Below are positions 37,018 through 47,082 of a DNA stretch of 64,000 nucleotides, one piece after another (positions within the stretch are counted from its first letter, which is position 1; the number at the start of each line of letters is the position of its first letter). Source of the DNA: a virus (taxonomy: Duplodnaviria > Caudoviricetes); the IMG/VR virus record IMGVR_UViG_3300031519_004326, positions 1 to 64,000 of that record; one strand, given 5' to 3'. The position numbers and the translations under genes are program-made. Below the pieces are notes generated by a model that had not been told where the DNA came from, did not search any database, and saw only the letters and a program-made list of their open reading frames with translations.

Positions 37018-37440
37018 ATGGAAACTAGTGGCGGTAGTAACGGTCTTACGACACGAATTAAAGGTAGTGTAAGACCAATTCGTAATCGTGTAATTGTAAA
37101 TAATATGGAGTTCGGTGCTCAAACTACATCGGGCGGAATTATTCTTGCAAGCGACGACGGTAAAGATCAAGGAATTAAACCTCGTTGGGGTTGTGTAGTT
37201 TCAAAAGGCGACGAAAATGCAGATCCATACAATATCGGAGATTGGATATTAGTTCAACACGGTAGATGGACTCGCGGATTTGAAGTTGAAATGGAAGACG
37301 GTACTGTTGAAATGATGAGAACTGTAGAATCCGAAAGTGTATTAGGATGGCAAAGTGAAATGCCTGCAAATACATTGTTTGGAGATAAATCAGGTGTAGG
37401 AAAAAGCACAGTACGGCCAGAAGATTTTGGCGCAAACTAA
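37018..37440 (+). CDS. groES: co-chaperonin GroES-like
   Basis: VRPIRNRVIV, TTSGGIIL mobile loop, IGDWILV, ESESVLG. Confidence 0.85.
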   Translation: METSGGSNGLTTRIKGSVRPIRNRVIVNNMEFGAQTTSGGIILASDDGKDQGIKPRWGCVVSKGDENADPYNIGDWILVQHGRWTRGFEVEMEDGTVEMMRTVESESVLGWQSEMPANTLFGDKSGVGKSTVRPEDFGAN

Positions 37441-37449
37441 GAGGTAACA

Positions 37450-37809
37450 ATGACTAACACATTTAAAGATATTGACACATTTGCAACAGCGTGTGATCAA
37501 CCAGCAAGCCCTGAAAACTACAAAATGTATCTTGGTCTAGTTGACGAAGAATACGGCGAACTTGTAGAAGCAGTTATTGCAGACGACAAAGTCGAACAAC
37601 TTGATGCACTAGTTGACATCCTTGTTGTTACTATGGGTGCTATTCGTGCCGCAGGGTGGGACGGAGAAGCAGCCTGGAAAGAAGTAATGGACACTAATTT
37701 TGCAAAGATTGATGCAACAACAGGCAAAGTACGTAAACGCGAAGATGGAAAAGTACTAAAGCCAGAAGGCTGGAAGGCTCCTGAACTATCGCAATTCATC
37801 GACAAGTAA
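37450..37809 (+). CDS. MazG-like/PRA-PH-like NTP pyrophosphohydrolase
   Basis: EEYGEL...DALVDILVV, EVMDTNFAK, REDGKVLKP. Confidence 0.85.
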   Translation: MTNTFKDIDTFATACDQPASPENYKMYLGLVDEEYGELVEAVIADDKVEQLDALVDILVVTMGAIRAAGWDGEAAWKEVMDTNFAKIDATTGKVRKREDGKVLKPEGWKAPELSQFIDK

Positions 37810-37826
37810 ATGATTTAAAAAACTAC

Positions 37827-37855
37827 TTGACTCCTTAGTTACTTTATGCTATAAT
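37827..37855 (+). promoter_or_regulatory. sigma70-type promoter
   Basis: TTGACT-17 nt-TATAAT. Confidence 0.85.
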
Positions 37856-37883
37856 ATACATATAATAACTAAGGAGTTTTCTT

Positions 37884-38054
37884 ATGATGTTTCCAACACC
37901 ACAAAGCAGTGGCTTAGGCACAACTGGTGCAACAGGTATTGCACTTATGATTTTACACACAACAGGATTTCTTGTAGGTTGGGCTTGGCCACTACTTTAT
38001 GTTTTTCTTATTATTTCTGGCATTGGTCAAGAAAATAGAAAAGGCAAAAAATAA
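37884..38054 (+). CDS. 56-aa membrane protein
   Basis: MMFPTPQSSGLGTTGATGIALMILHTTGFLVGWAWPLLYVFLIISGIGQENRKGKK*; AAGGAG RBS. Confidence 0.7.
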   Translation: MMFPTPQSSGLGTTGATGIALMILHTTGFLVGWAWPLLYVFLIISGIGQENRKGKK

Positions 38055-38590
38055 TGGCAACACACGGCACTATTGACCTAGAGACTATTGACACTAGCCC
38101 GAGCGCAACTGTACTATCACTAGGAGCAGTTAAGTTTAATCCGCTAGATGACAGCGAACCGCACTCAGAGCTTTACTTAAAAATTAATATTGACGAACAA
38201 GATGCACTTGGCCGTACTGCAAGTGACAGCACTATTGAATGGTGGGGTAAACAAGATCCTGCTATTATGGAAGAAGCATTTGACCAAACCGGAGCAGTAA
38301 GTGTTCAAGAAGCACTACGTCAAATTAGCAAGTGGGTCGTTGGTGTTGATACATTATGGGGTCAAGGTTACGGCTTTGACTACACAATATTAGAAGATAT
38401 GTTCCGCAAAGCAGGAATGAATATTCCTTGGAACTTTTGGATCATTAGAGATTCACGCACACTATTTGGATGTTGTCAAAAAGATCCACGTAAAGCAATG
38501 CAAAACAATTTACATAATGCATTAGCAGATGCATACTTTCAATCAAAAGCAATTCAAATTGCATACAGCGAACTAGGACTAAAAAGATGA
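38054..38590 (+). CDS. DEDDh 3'-5' exonuclease (DexA/Rv2179c-like)
   Basis: IDLET, GFDYTIL, HNALADA. Confidence 0.9.
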   Translation: MATHGTIDLETIDTSPSATVLSLGAVKFNPLDDSEPHSELYLKINIDEQDALGRTASDSTIEWWGKQDPAIMEEAFDQTGAVSVQEALRQISKWVVGVDTLWGQGYGFDYTILEDMFRKAGMNIPWNFWIIRDSRTLFGCCQKDPRKAMQNNLHNALADAYFQSKAIQIAYSELGLKR

Positions 38591-38778
38591 ACCCGGAACC
38601 AAAACCACAAAACGCAAGCGACAAAGCGATACAAGAATTTTTAGACAATGGCGGAAAAATACAACACATAGAACCAGGTGTTACTAGCGGTATTGAATAT
38701 AAGTCTAGCTTCTACGGCAAGAGAAATAAAAAAGCAGAACAAGCCAACGAAACATCCGTCGACAAAGAAAAAAAGTAA
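38587..38778 (+). CDS. hypothetical protein
   Basis: 63 aa, EFLDNGGKI. Confidence 0.7.
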   Translation: MNPEPKPQNASDKAIQEFLDNGGKIQHIEPGVTSGIEYKSSFYGKRNKKAEQANETSVDKEKK

Positions 38779-38796
38779 AAAGATTAGGATTTAGTA

Positions 38797-38958
38797 ATGA
38801 AGGACTCAAAACAGAAATTGCAAGATGTAATAGATAAGACTATACATCAAAAACAACAGTTACAGTTTCAAGAGAAAACAGTTAAAGATCAAGCAAAGTC
38901 TATCGAAGAGCAACGCAAGCTAATAGATAAATTGAATCAGGAGAAACCAGATGGCTAG
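38797..38958 (+). CDS. 53-aa coiled-coil protein
   Basis: MKDSKQKLQDVIDKTIHQKQQLQFQEKTVKDQAKSIEEQRKLIDKLNQEKPDG*. Confidence 0.55.
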   Translation: MKDSKQKLQDVIDKTIHQKQQLQFQEKTVKDQAKSIEEQRKLIDKLNQEKPDG

Positions 38959-39772
38959 ATTTATTGCAGCAATGGATCACAGTGGTGGTTCAACCGGAGG
39001 CGTACTAGAACGCTACGGACAACCCTACACAGAAGCAGACAAGATGATAAAAGTACACGCAATGCGTATGCGTATGGTTAACTCACCTGACTTCAACGAC
39101 AAAAACATCTGGGGAGCAATCCTCTACAGTGACACAGTTACACGTGGAATGGTTGACATCTTGGACGATATGGGTATTGAAACATTTCTAAAGATTGACA
39201 GTGGCTGTGAAGAAAACGGTATGCTCAAACAGTTTCCAATAAAGCAAATGTTAGAGTTTGCTACAAGACGTACTCCGGAAGACGGATCTATCGGTGCTCA
39301 AATTTATGGCACAAAAATGCGTAGTATTGTTAAGAGGAAAGATATGGTTAGGTCAGTTCTTACACAACAGTTTCAACTAGCAGAAACTATTTGTAGTTAC
39401 GGACTTGTGCCTATTATTGAACCAGAGGTTCCTATTGATCATCCTGAGAAGGCAGAGATCGAACGCGAGCTACACGAACTATTAGAGAAGTTTTTAAATG
39501 AGAAAAAATTTAAAGTTATTCTTAAACTAACACCACCTGAAATTCCTAACTTGTATTATAACTTAACAGTACATCGTAATGTACGCAAGGTTGTTTTCCT
39601 AAGCGGCGGATACAGTACAGGAGTAGCGTGTAATAAACTTAGCCTTAATGAAAATGTAACTGCAAGTTTCAGTAGAGCATTATCACAAGATTTACTTTAC
39701 GACTTGACAGACGACGAGTTTAATGCTACAATAAGAAATAATATTAACCTAATAACAGAGGCAAGTGAATGA
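38951..39772 (+). CDS. fda: fructose-bisphosphate aldolase class I
   Basis: FIAAMDHSGGST, TKMRS, PIIEPEV, ILKLT (Schiff-base Lys), FLSGGYS, ASFSRAL. Confidence 0.9.
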   Translation: MARFIAAMDHSGGSTGGVLERYGQPYTEADKMIKVHAMRMRMVNSPDFNDKNIWGAILYSDTVTRGMVDILDDMGIETFLKIDSGCEENGMLKQFPIKQMLEFATRRTPEDGSIGAQIYGTKMRSIVKRKDMVRSVLTQQFQLAETICSYGLVPIIEPEVPIDHPEKAEIERELHELLEKFLNEKKFKVILKLTPPEIPNLYYNLTVHRNVRKVVFLSGGYSTGVACNKLSLNENVTASFSRALSQDLLYDLTDDEFNATIRNNINLITEASE

Positions 39773-40683
39773 AAGATTTATGGGTAGAAAAGTATCGTCC
39801 TAAAACAGTGGACGGCTATGTGTTTCGTGATGATGCACAGCGTAATCAGGTAAATACCTGGATTAAAGACAAAACTATTCCGCATTTGCTGTTTAGTGGT
39901 AATGCAGGTATTGGTAAAACAACACTTGCAAAATTATTGTTTAATGAATTAGAAGTAAATGATTTAGACATTTTAGAAATTAACGCATCGCGAACAAACT
40001 CAGTAGATGACGTTCGTGATAAAATTGTAAACTTTGTACAGATGATCCCATTCGGGGACTTTAAGGTTGTATTACTAGATGAGGCAGACTACTTATCTCC
40101 CAACGCTCAAGCGGCACTTCGTGGTGTTATGGAAGAGTATCATACTACTTCTCGTTTCATTCTTACTTGTAACTACCCAAATCGTGTTATTCCCGCTTTG
40201 CATAGTAGGTGTCAAGGTTTCCACATTGCTAAAATTGACCAAACTGAGTTCACAGCTCGAGTTGCTGAAATACTTATTACTGAAGGTGTTACTCCTGATT
40301 TGGATACGCTCGATACCTACGTAAAAGCAACATACCCAGACTTGCGTAAGTGTATTAACACAGTACAAATGAACAGTGTAGACGGTGTACTTACTAAGCC
40401 AAATGAAGGTGATACAGGCACAAGCGACTGGAAACTTGAAATGGTCGAACTGTTTAAAGCAGGTAAGATACAGGCAGCACGTAAATTATTATGTGGAGCA
40501 ATTCGTCCAGAAGAAATGGAAGAAGTATATCGTTGGCTTTATGATAATATCGAGCTGTTCGGAAGTGACGAGCAACAAGATACAGCAGTAATAATTATTA
40601 AACAAGGACTAGTAGATCATACACTAGTTGTTGATCCAGAAATTAATTTGGCAGCAACGTTAATTAAACTAGCAAGAATATGA
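39769..40683 (+). CDS. clamp loader subunit (T4 gp44/RFC-like)
   Basis: WVEKYRP, GNAGIGKT, DEAD, SRC. Confidence 0.95.
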   Translation: MKDLWVEKYRPKTVDGYVFRDDAQRNQVNTWIKDKTIPHLLFSGNAGIGKTTLAKLLFNELEVNDLDILEINASRTNSVDDVRDKIVNFVQMIPFGDFKVVLLDEADYLSPNAQAALRGVMEEYHTTSRFILTCNYPNRVIPALHSRCQGFHIAKIDQTEFTARVAEILITEGVTPDLDTLDTYVKATYPDLRKCINTVQMNSVDGVLTKPNEGDTGTSDWKLEMVELFKAGKIQAARKLLCGAIRPEEMEEVYRWLYDNIELFGSDEQQDTAVIIIKQGLVDHTLVVDPEINLAATLIKLARI

Positions 40684-40811
40684 AAATAAACAAACAACTT
40701 AAAAACTTAGGCTTAGTTGCCGGTAAGAAAAAAACAAAACAAATGATATATGTTGGCACGGCTAGTATTATTGTACTCGGATTATGTGTGTTATTTAATA
40801 TACTATCATAA
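40680..40811 (+). CDS. 43-aa membrane-anchored protein
   Basis: MKINKQLKNLGLVAGKKKTKQMIYVGTASIIVLGLCVLFNILS*; ATGA coupling. Confidence 0.55.
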   Translation: MKINKQLKNLGLVAGKKKTKQMIYVGTASIIVLGLCVLFNILS

Positions 40812-40820
40812 GGAAACCTA

Positions 40821-41174
40821 ATGACATACTTAGTAACAGATAACTGCATTAAGTGTAAACATACCGACTGTGTTGCAGTTTGTCCTGTAGACTGTTTTTA
40901 CGAAGCCGACGGCTTCCTTGCAATTAATCCAGACGAATGTATCGACTGCGGAGTCTGCGAGCCAGAATGCCCTGTAGGAGCAATTGTTGCAGACAATGCA
41001 ATATCATTCGAAGAGCGAGAAAAATGGGACCAAATTAACAGGCAAGTTTCAGATTGGAATGTAAACATTGTTGATCAAAAAGATCCATTGCCAGATGCAG
41101 CAAATTGGGATGGGTATCCTAACAAATACGAAGAATTTGGTATAATACCAATTAAGGACATTACAAATGGGTAA
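40821..41174 (+). CDS. fdxA: 7Fe/8Fe ferredoxin (FdxA-like)
   Basis: [14 protein letters not shown] and [12 protein letters not shown]. Confidence 0.95.
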   Translation: MTYLVTDNCIKCKHTDCVAVCPVDCFYEADGFLAINPDECIDCGVCEPECPVGAIVADNAISFEEREKWDQINRQVSDWNVNIVDQKDPLPDAANWDGYPNKYEEFGIIPIKDITNG

Positions 41175-41361
41175 AGGCAGTAAAAGACGATTACAACAGA
41201 TTGCAGATTCACAGATGGAAAGTAACTGGGATGTAATTTTTAATAAAGATAAAAAAACATACAAAGACGTACAACAGGACCTTACCGAGTTAAACAGTGA
41301 CGGTAATAGAACCCGCGGAAGGAACGGAGAAGATAATGATAAAAGCAATTCTAGCCTGTGA
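41167..41361 (+). CDS. hypothetical protein
   Basis: MGKGSKRR...NWDVIF. Confidence 0.65.
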   Translation: MGKGSKRRLQQIADSQMESNWDVIFNKDKKTYKDVQQDLTELNSDGNRTRGRNGEDNDKSNSSL

Positions 41362-41830
41362 CGATTACGGTGGCGTAAGTAAAAACGGCACACTACCTTG
41401 GCCACACAATAGCGTAGACCTTAAATGGTTTAAAAGCAATACTGTTAATAGTATTGTTATAATGGGATCTACTACTTGGGAAGATCCTGGTATGCCGCGA
41501 CCATTACCAAAACGTACTAACGTACTAGCAACTACTCGTCCAGACGCTTATAGCGGTGCTGATATGTATATTAGTGGCAACTTAAACAACGAAATAACTC
41601 ACATTGATTATATTAATGAAGGCGTTAATACTTGGATCATTGGTGGCCCTAAAATTATTGAACAAACACTAGGCGTTATTGACGAGTTTTATATTAGCCG
41701 TATACCTGGTGCATATGCGTGTGATACGTTTTTACCTTTAAAGAAAATTGAATCATTATTTGAATGTACTTGGAAGGAAGATCACGGCGATGTAGAATTT
41801 CAAATTTGGAAGAAGAGATTAACTAAATGA
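41336..41830 (+). CDS. folA: dihydrofolate reductase
   Basis: GTLPWP...DLKWFK, IMGSTTW, PLPKRTNV, IIGG; ATG 41336 after GGAG. Confidence 0.92.
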   Translation: MIKAILACDDYGGVSKNGTLPWPHNSVDLKWFKSNTVNSIVIMGSTTWEDPGMPRPLPKRTNVLATTRPDAYSGADMYISGNLNNEITHIDYINEGVNTWIIGGPKIIEQTLGVIDEFYISRIPGAYACDTFLPLKKIESLFECTWKEDHGDVEFQIWKKRLTK

Positions 41831-42693
41831 AAGAATACCTAACAGCACTTGAATATATTTTAGAAAATGGCAAAGACCGTGACGACCGTACTGGTGTAGG
41901 CACACGTGGTGTGTTTGGCTATCAAATGCGCTTCAACTTGCGTGATGAGTTCCCCGCAGTAACTACTAAGCGACTAGCGTGGAAAAGCGTTGTAAGCGAA
42001 CTACTGTGGTTCTTAGAAGGTAGTACAGACGAACGTAGACTAGCTGAAATACACTACGGCGATGTGCGTGAAAACCTAATAGGCAAGAGTACTATTTGGA
42101 CTGCTAATGCAGATAAACAAGGAAAGGCTCTAGGGTATGTAAACGACGATATGGCAAAGAACTTAGGCCCAGTATACGGCAGTCAATGGCGTAGTTGGAA
42201 TGCTCGGGGTCATCACGTGGATCAAATTATTGAAGTTATGAAAAGTATCTACAACGATCCTACTAGTCGTAGACACATTGTTAGTGCGTGGAATGCAGGT
42301 GAAATAGATAAGATGGCGTTGCCACCGTGTCATACTATGTTTCAATTTTATGTACAAGACGGAGAACTAAGTTGTCAACTGTATCAACGAAGTGCTGATA
42401 TGTTCTTAGGTGTACCATTTAATATTGCAAGTTATAGTTTGCTTACACATATTATGGCTAAGATGCTAGGACTTAAAGTAGGCGACTTTGTATGGACTGG
42501 CGGGGACTGTCATATCTACCAAAACCATTTTGATCAAGTTAAAGAACAAATTAATCGTGTACCAGTAAAGGGTCCTAAACTATTAATGCCAGAGTTTGGT
42601 ACATTGTTTGAGATTCTCGAAGCTGACCCTACAATGTTTGTATTAAAGGATTACAATCCAATGGACAGTATTAAGGCGCCAATGGCTGTATAA
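41827..42693 (+). CDS. thyA: thymidylate synthase
   Basis: DRTGVGT, ELLWFL, ALPPCH, YQRSAD...GVPFNIASY. Confidence 0.97.
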   Translation: MKEYLTALEYILENGKDRDDRTGVGTRGVFGYQMRFNLRDEFPAVTTKRLAWKSVVSELLWFLEGSTDERRLAEIHYGDVRENLIGKSTIWTANADKQGKALGYVNDDMAKNLGPVYGSQWRSWNARGHHVDQIIEVMKSIYNDPTSRRHIVSAWNAGEIDKMALPPCHTMFQFYVQDGELSCQLYQRSADMFLGVPFNIASYSLLTHIMAKMLGLKVGDFVWTGGDCHIYQNHFDQVKEQINRVPVKGPKLLMPEFGTLFEILEADPTMFVLKDYNPMDSIKAPMAV

Positions 42694-42696
42694 AAT

Positions 42697-42927
42697 ATGA
42701 TGGGCCACGGCTACTACGGCAGCTCGCTTTCAGACCAACATTCGTATGAACGTAAGTTTGCCTGGCTGCCTGTAGTAACTAATAGTAGAAAACGGGTGTG
42801 GCTAAAGTATTATTGCATTAGACACACCTACTACGATAATATGGGCAAGCCTCCTATAAAGGGTCTTTGTTGGGATTGTATTTTTACCGAAAATGAATAC
42901 TTAATGGAATTGTTAAAAAATGAATAA
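42697..42927 (+). CDS. hypothetical protein
   Basis: 76 aa, KFAWLPV...VWLKYY. Confidence 0.65.
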   Translation: MMGHGYYGSSLSDQHSYERKFAWLPVVTNSRKRVWLKYYCIRHTYYDNMGKPPIKGLCWDCIFTENEYLMELLKNE

Positions 42928-43084
42928 ATTAATGGCGTTAACAATTATATGTATAATGACAACAGGATGTTCGGCAATTGCAGTCGTAGATGTTGCTGCT
43001 TCAACAGCAATATATGCAGGTAAAACAGTTGTAAACACTGTAGACTTAATAACTCCTGATATAATTAACTACGACGATGACTAA
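42920..43084 (+). CDS. small lipoprotein
   Basis: MNKLMALTIICIMTTGC lipobox-like signal; 54 aa; not in ORF track. Confidence 0.65.
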   Translation: MNKLMALTIICIMTTGCSAIAVVDVAASTAIYAGKTVVNTVDLITPDIINYDDD

Positions 43085-43295
43085 GCATAAGCTAACTGAT
43101 GCGCAAAAAGAAGAGGATCGCAGGACTAGGATTCAACATCCTCATATGATTAAATCTAAAGCACATTGGGATTGGGAATCAGGATACGGTAATATGGAAG
43201 TGCCAGTAGTAATACCTGAGCCTGCTAGTCATACAAAAAAGATTGCGGTACTTGTTATCGCTATAATTGCACTAATAATTTGGATAATTAAATGA
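43077..43295 (+). CDS. C-terminally anchored membrane protein
   Basis: IAVLVIAIIALIIWII tail. Confidence 0.6.
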   Translation: MTKHKLTDAQKEEDRRTRIQHPHMIKSKAHWDWESGYGNMEVPVVIPEPASHTKKIAVLVIAIIALIIWIIK

Positions 43296-43726
43296 AGAAT
43301 AAGTTTATAAAAACATATATGGATGTTGCAGAAAGTTTTGCAAAACTAAGTTCAGCAGTACGATTACAAGTTGGCGCTATTGTTGTTAAAGATGATCGTA
43401 TTATTAGTATCGGTTATAATGGTATGCCTAGTGGATGGGATAACTGTTGTGAAGAAGTATTACGAGAAGACGAAGTAGGGTTTCAAGTAACGAAAACTAA
43501 ACCTGAAGTACTACACGCTGAAGCAAATGCAATTACTAAACTTGCTCGCAGTAGTGAAAGCGGATTAGGTGCAACTATTTTTGTTACTCACTCACCGTGT
43601 ATCGAATGTGCTAAGTTGATCTATCAAAGTGGTATAAGTACCGTATATTATAAAACTAGCTATCGAAACGACGACGGTATTAACTTTTTAAAAAAATCAA
43701 AGGTAGAAGTTATTAAAAATGGATAA
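43292..43726 (+). CDS. dCMP deaminase
   Basis: VGAIVV, GYNG, HAEANAI, PCIECAK. Confidence 0.95.
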   Translation: MKNKFIKTYMDVAESFAKLSSAVRLQVGAIVVKDDRIISIGYNGMPSGWDNCCEEVLREDEVGFQVTKTKPEVLHAEANAITKLARSSESGLGATIFVTHSPCIECAKLIYQSGISTVYYKTSYRNDDGINFLKKSKVEVIKNG

Positions 43727-43755
43727 CACCATAAACACAATAGAGAGAACTTGAT

Positions 43756-44943
43756 ATGAGAGATAGATTTCCATTTTTTAGTAGTAATACTGATATAACT
43801 TATTTAGATAGTGCAGCAACAAGTCAAACACTTGACACTGTAATTAACGATAGTGTAGATTTTTTATTAAATAGAAAATCAAATAGACACACTAATCATA
43901 ATATGGGTGTTTGGGTTAATGACAAGTATCATATTGCAAAAGAAAAAGTAGGACAGTGGTTAGACATTAAAGACCCTGCAAAGAGAATTGCGTTTAACAG
44001 CGGTGCATCACAAGGACTATATGATGCCGTACAGCTAGTAAAACAACGCTATACAGGGCATATAAGCGTGTACGTAGGCATTGATGCCCACCATAGCCTG
44101 TTACTGCCTCTTAGAGACGCTAGTAATGATATTAAATATATCAATGTACGCAATAACGGTATACTAGATTTAGATGCTGTAGAAGACGCGATTAAGGAAG
44201 ATTCTGCAACCTGTAAAGTAATAGCAATAAATGCTGTAGGCAATGTATTAGGAACTAAACAAGATTTAGATAGAGTTAGATCATTATGTGAAAAGTATGA
44301 TGCAATATCAATAATTGATGCTTGCCAAAGTATGGGTAAGATAAAACACAACTATGACGGATTTGACTTTGTTACGTGGAGTTGGCATAAAATATACGGG
44401 CCGACCGGCTTAGGTTGTTTAATGCTAGACGAAAAATGGCTATGGTATAATCCAGTTCATCCAGGCGGCAGCAGTGCATCAAGTGTTACTCTTACAGATG
44501 TTACCTACCTTGACAATGCTGGAAGATTTGAAAGTGGTACACATAACTTTCAAGCAATATGCACATTGCCAAATTTACTAGATTGGTTAATAGAAAATCA
44601 AGAAGCAATAACAGCACACGACGAAATGCTTGCTGAATATGCAAATGAACTTTGCAATACTAAGGTAGTTCCTTCACACACTGGATTAATAAGTTTTGCA
44701 TCACAATATAGCACCGCCAATGATATATCAACGATGTTAGGTACAGATAGTATATGTGTTAGAGGTGGCAACTTATGTGCCGAGCCACTAGTTGCCGGAA
44801 TAACAAATAAAAATAATTTAGTTAGAGTTAGTTGGGGTGCCTATACTACTAAAGAAGAAATTAAATTTGTATTTGATAAACTTAAAGAAATTGATAAAAG
44901 AACAGAAGATTGGGGCAACACTTTGCCACCCCAATCAACTTAG
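43756..44943 (+). CDS. sufS: cysteine desulfurase (SufS-like, class V aminotransferase)
   Basis: YLDSAATSQ, IDACQ, SWHKIYGPTG (PLP Lys), RFESGT, RGGNLCA (catalytic Cys), RVSWGAY. Confidence 0.88.
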   Translation: MRDRFPFFSSNTDITYLDSAATSQTLDTVINDSVDFLLNRKSNRHTNHNMGVWVNDKYHIAKEKVGQWLDIKDPAKRIAFNSGASQGLYDAVQLVKQRYTGHISVYVGIDAHHSLLLPLRDASNDIKYINVRNNGILDLDAVEDAIKEDSATCKVIAINAVGNVLGTKQDLDRVRSLCEKYDAISIIDACQSMGKIKHNYDGFDFVTWSWHKIYGPTGLGCLMLDEKWLWYNPVHPGGSSASSVTLTDVTYLDNAGRFESGTHNFQAICTLPNLLDWLIENQEAITAHDEMLAEYANELCNTKVVPSHTGLISFASQYSTANDISTMLGTDSICVRGGNLCAEPLVAGITNKNNLVRVSWGAYTTKEEIKFVFDKLKEIDKRTEDWGNTLPPQST

Positions 44944-44944
44944 G

Positions 44945-45670
44945 TCATTCGTCGCCGTAAACTTGTAAAACTTCTTTTACAGCATCGTGCCTTTCAATAT
45001 CTCCTTGTTCAAATCGGACTACGTCCAGGTGCTTGTTAGTGCCGCGGTTTTCGAGGTGGCCTATAAAGTCAAGTAAACCATTATCTTTCAATCGGTCTGC
45101 TTGAGCTAGGTCACCGGTCACGACCATTTCAGAGTTTTCGCCTAACCGCGTTAATAACATCTTCATTTGGTTAGGTGTTGCGTTTTGCATTTCATCTGCA
45201 ATAATAATTGCATCTTTAAAAGTACGTCCTCGCATATATGCAAGTGGCGCAATTTCAATTATGCCTTCTTCAATCATCCCTGTAATTTGTCGTGCTTCGA
45301 AATAGTCTCGTAACACATCAAAAATTGGTCTGGTCCAAGGCGCCATTTTTTCTTCTAGCGTTCCTGGTAAAAACCCAAGATCTTCGTCAACCGATACTGC
45401 TGGTCGTGTTACTATGATCTTGTCAACAGATCCTTCCTTGAATTTTTTTACAGCTGCCTGTACAGCAAGCATCGTTTTACCTGTACCGGCTGGGCCGATA
45501 GCAAAAAGTATTGACTTTTCAGCGTCAAGTAATTTTAGGATATACGTTTCTTGATGTTTATTTCTTGGAAGTAATTGTACTGTTTGTTTTTTTGAAAAAG
45601 TGTTGAATTCGATAACATTGCTGTTACCTTGAGTTGTTGCCCGTTTCTGAGCTTTTCTTTTTGCACCCAT
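44945..45670 (-). CDS. phoH: PhoH-like ATPase
   Basis: GPAGTGKT, LGFLPG, YMRGRTF, DEMQN, GDLAQ. Confidence 0.95.
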   Translation of the reverse strand: MGAKRKAQKRATTQGNSNVIEFNTFSKKQTVQLLPRNKHQETYILKLLDAEKSILFAIGPAGTGKTMLAVQAAVKKFKEGSVDKIIVTRPAVSVDEDLGFLPGTLEEKMAPWTRPIFDVLRDYFEARQITGMIEEGIIEIAPLAYMRGRTFKDAIIIADEMQNATPNQMKMLLTRLGENSEMVVTGDLAQADRLKDNGLLDFIGHLENRGTNKHLDVVRFEQGDIERHDAVKEVLQVYGDE

Positions 45671-45822
45671 TAAGTCCTCCTATTGAGCTATGGATTTGAT
45701 AGGACTGTGCCAAGGTAGGCATCGTCCTACAAAAGTATTTACCATTTGCTGCGCATCGTAAAAGTATAGTTTATGTTTTCGTTCCGGATAAATAAGTATG
45801 TAACCAAATAGGACTCTCACAT

Positions 45823-46365
45823 ATGCAAGACGTATTAGATATTATAAAAAATGTTGAATCAATTTACGATAGTAATACTTCATTCAATATATTAAAAGAC
45901 TTTGAAAAAGTTCTAGACGAATTAGATTTGTACGTCTATAAAAATTGGGAAGACGGAGAATTGTGCGAAGGGCCTATTATAGATAGACACTGGGTTGCTT
46001 GTTCGTTTATGTGGGATAGAGCTGATATGCCAGACCCAACGGGCGGAAAACGCTTGCTTGATTATGACTGCAAGGTATCCTATGCTAAAGACTCACTGAT
46101 AGTTCCGAGAAAAATTACTAAGCCCGATGATATGCGTCCTGGTAGTAAAAAAGGTAAACTAGATCGTAAAGATATTTGGATTGTAGAAATAAAGATGCCT
46201 AAAAAACTTATTGCTGATATTGGTGGGGCATCGGATTTAAATAGCTATGCTGAAGAACCGGCAAACGATGCTCAGAGTCAAGCACAAGCCGAAGCACAAC
46301 CTGCAGATGTAGCAGTAGCTGATCCAGCAGTAGCTGATCCAGCAGTAGCACAGGAGACAATTTAA
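45823..46365 (+). CDS. hypothetical late protein
   Basis: 180 aa, late box 45788, AGGA RBS. Confidence 0.75.
   Translation: MQDVLDIIKNVESIYDSNTSFNILKDFEKVLDELDLYVYKNWEDGELCEGPIIDRHWVACSFMWDRADMPDPTGGKRLLDYDCKVSYAKDSLIVPRKITKPDDMRPGSKKGKLDRKDIWIVEIKMPKKLIADIGGASDLNSYAEEPANDAQSQAQAEAQPADVAVADPAVADPAVAQETI
46312..46349 (+). repeat. 15-bp tandem repeat (GCAGTAGCTGATCCA x2.5) encoding AVADP
   Basis: Direct reading. Confidence 0.85.
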
Positions 46366-47081
46366 TGGGATTACGTCAAGGCGCATTAAAAGATATGATG
46401 GATAATATCTTTGAAATAGATTCATTTGCTAGTAAAATGGGTGCTGATAAAGATATTATTACACTAAGTTTTAGCGTAAAAGAAAAAGCCCCAGCAGATG
46501 ATTTAATGCACTTCTTAGAAAGAGGTTATAACTTTATCTTAGATGCAGATGTCACAGCTGGTGAACAATCAGACGGTACATATAAAGTATTTGTAGAAAT
46601 GGCAAGAGATAAAAAAACATACGAAAATATACTAGAAATTATAGGTGGTGTTAAAAACCTTACTGAAATAGATAATTTCAAATTTAGATATTATAAGAAT
46701 TGGCGGTCGCAAGATTTGTCACAAGAAACATTAGAAGAACTAGTTCCAAACGATCCAGATAATTACGGCATCAAAGTAGAAGAATCACGTATGGAAAACT
46801 ATAAACAATTTTTTAATAAAAGTTTTGTAGATCAAGTTAATCTAAAAGAAACTACTTTAACTATCAAAAAAGCGTATGCAGATCCGTTAGCTTTTGAATT
46901 TATTGATTTTGGTGATGTTAATCCAATCAAAGATAACATTGATGGTAAGTTTGACATAATGGAAAGTTATCCTGAAATACTCTTTTTAACCAAGTACATC
47001 GGCGACTACAACATAAGTAAGTATGGAGACAAACTTGTTTTTGAAAATGAAGGCAAGGGTCTAGTATTAAAAAGGATCTAA
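46365..47081 (+). CDS. hypothetical protein
   Basis: 238 aa, AGGAG RBS. Confidence 0.75.
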   Translation: MGLRQGALKDMMDNIFEIDSFASKMGADKDIITLSFSVKEKAPADDLMHFLERGYNFILDADVTAGEQSDGTYKVFVEMARDKKTYENILEIIGGVKNLTEIDNFKFRYYKNWRSQDLSQETLEELVPNDPDNYGIKVEESRMENYKQFFNKSFVDQVNLKETTLTIKKAYADPLAFEFIDFGDVNPIKDNIDGKFDIMESYPEILFLTKYIGDYNISKYGDKLVFENEGKGLVLKRI

Positions 47082-47082
47082 A

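Noticed and set aside
46312-46349. 15-bp tandem repeat as a regulatory or phase-variation element
   Set aside because: Unit is a multiple of three inside a low-complexity Ala/Pro tail; no frameshift effect.
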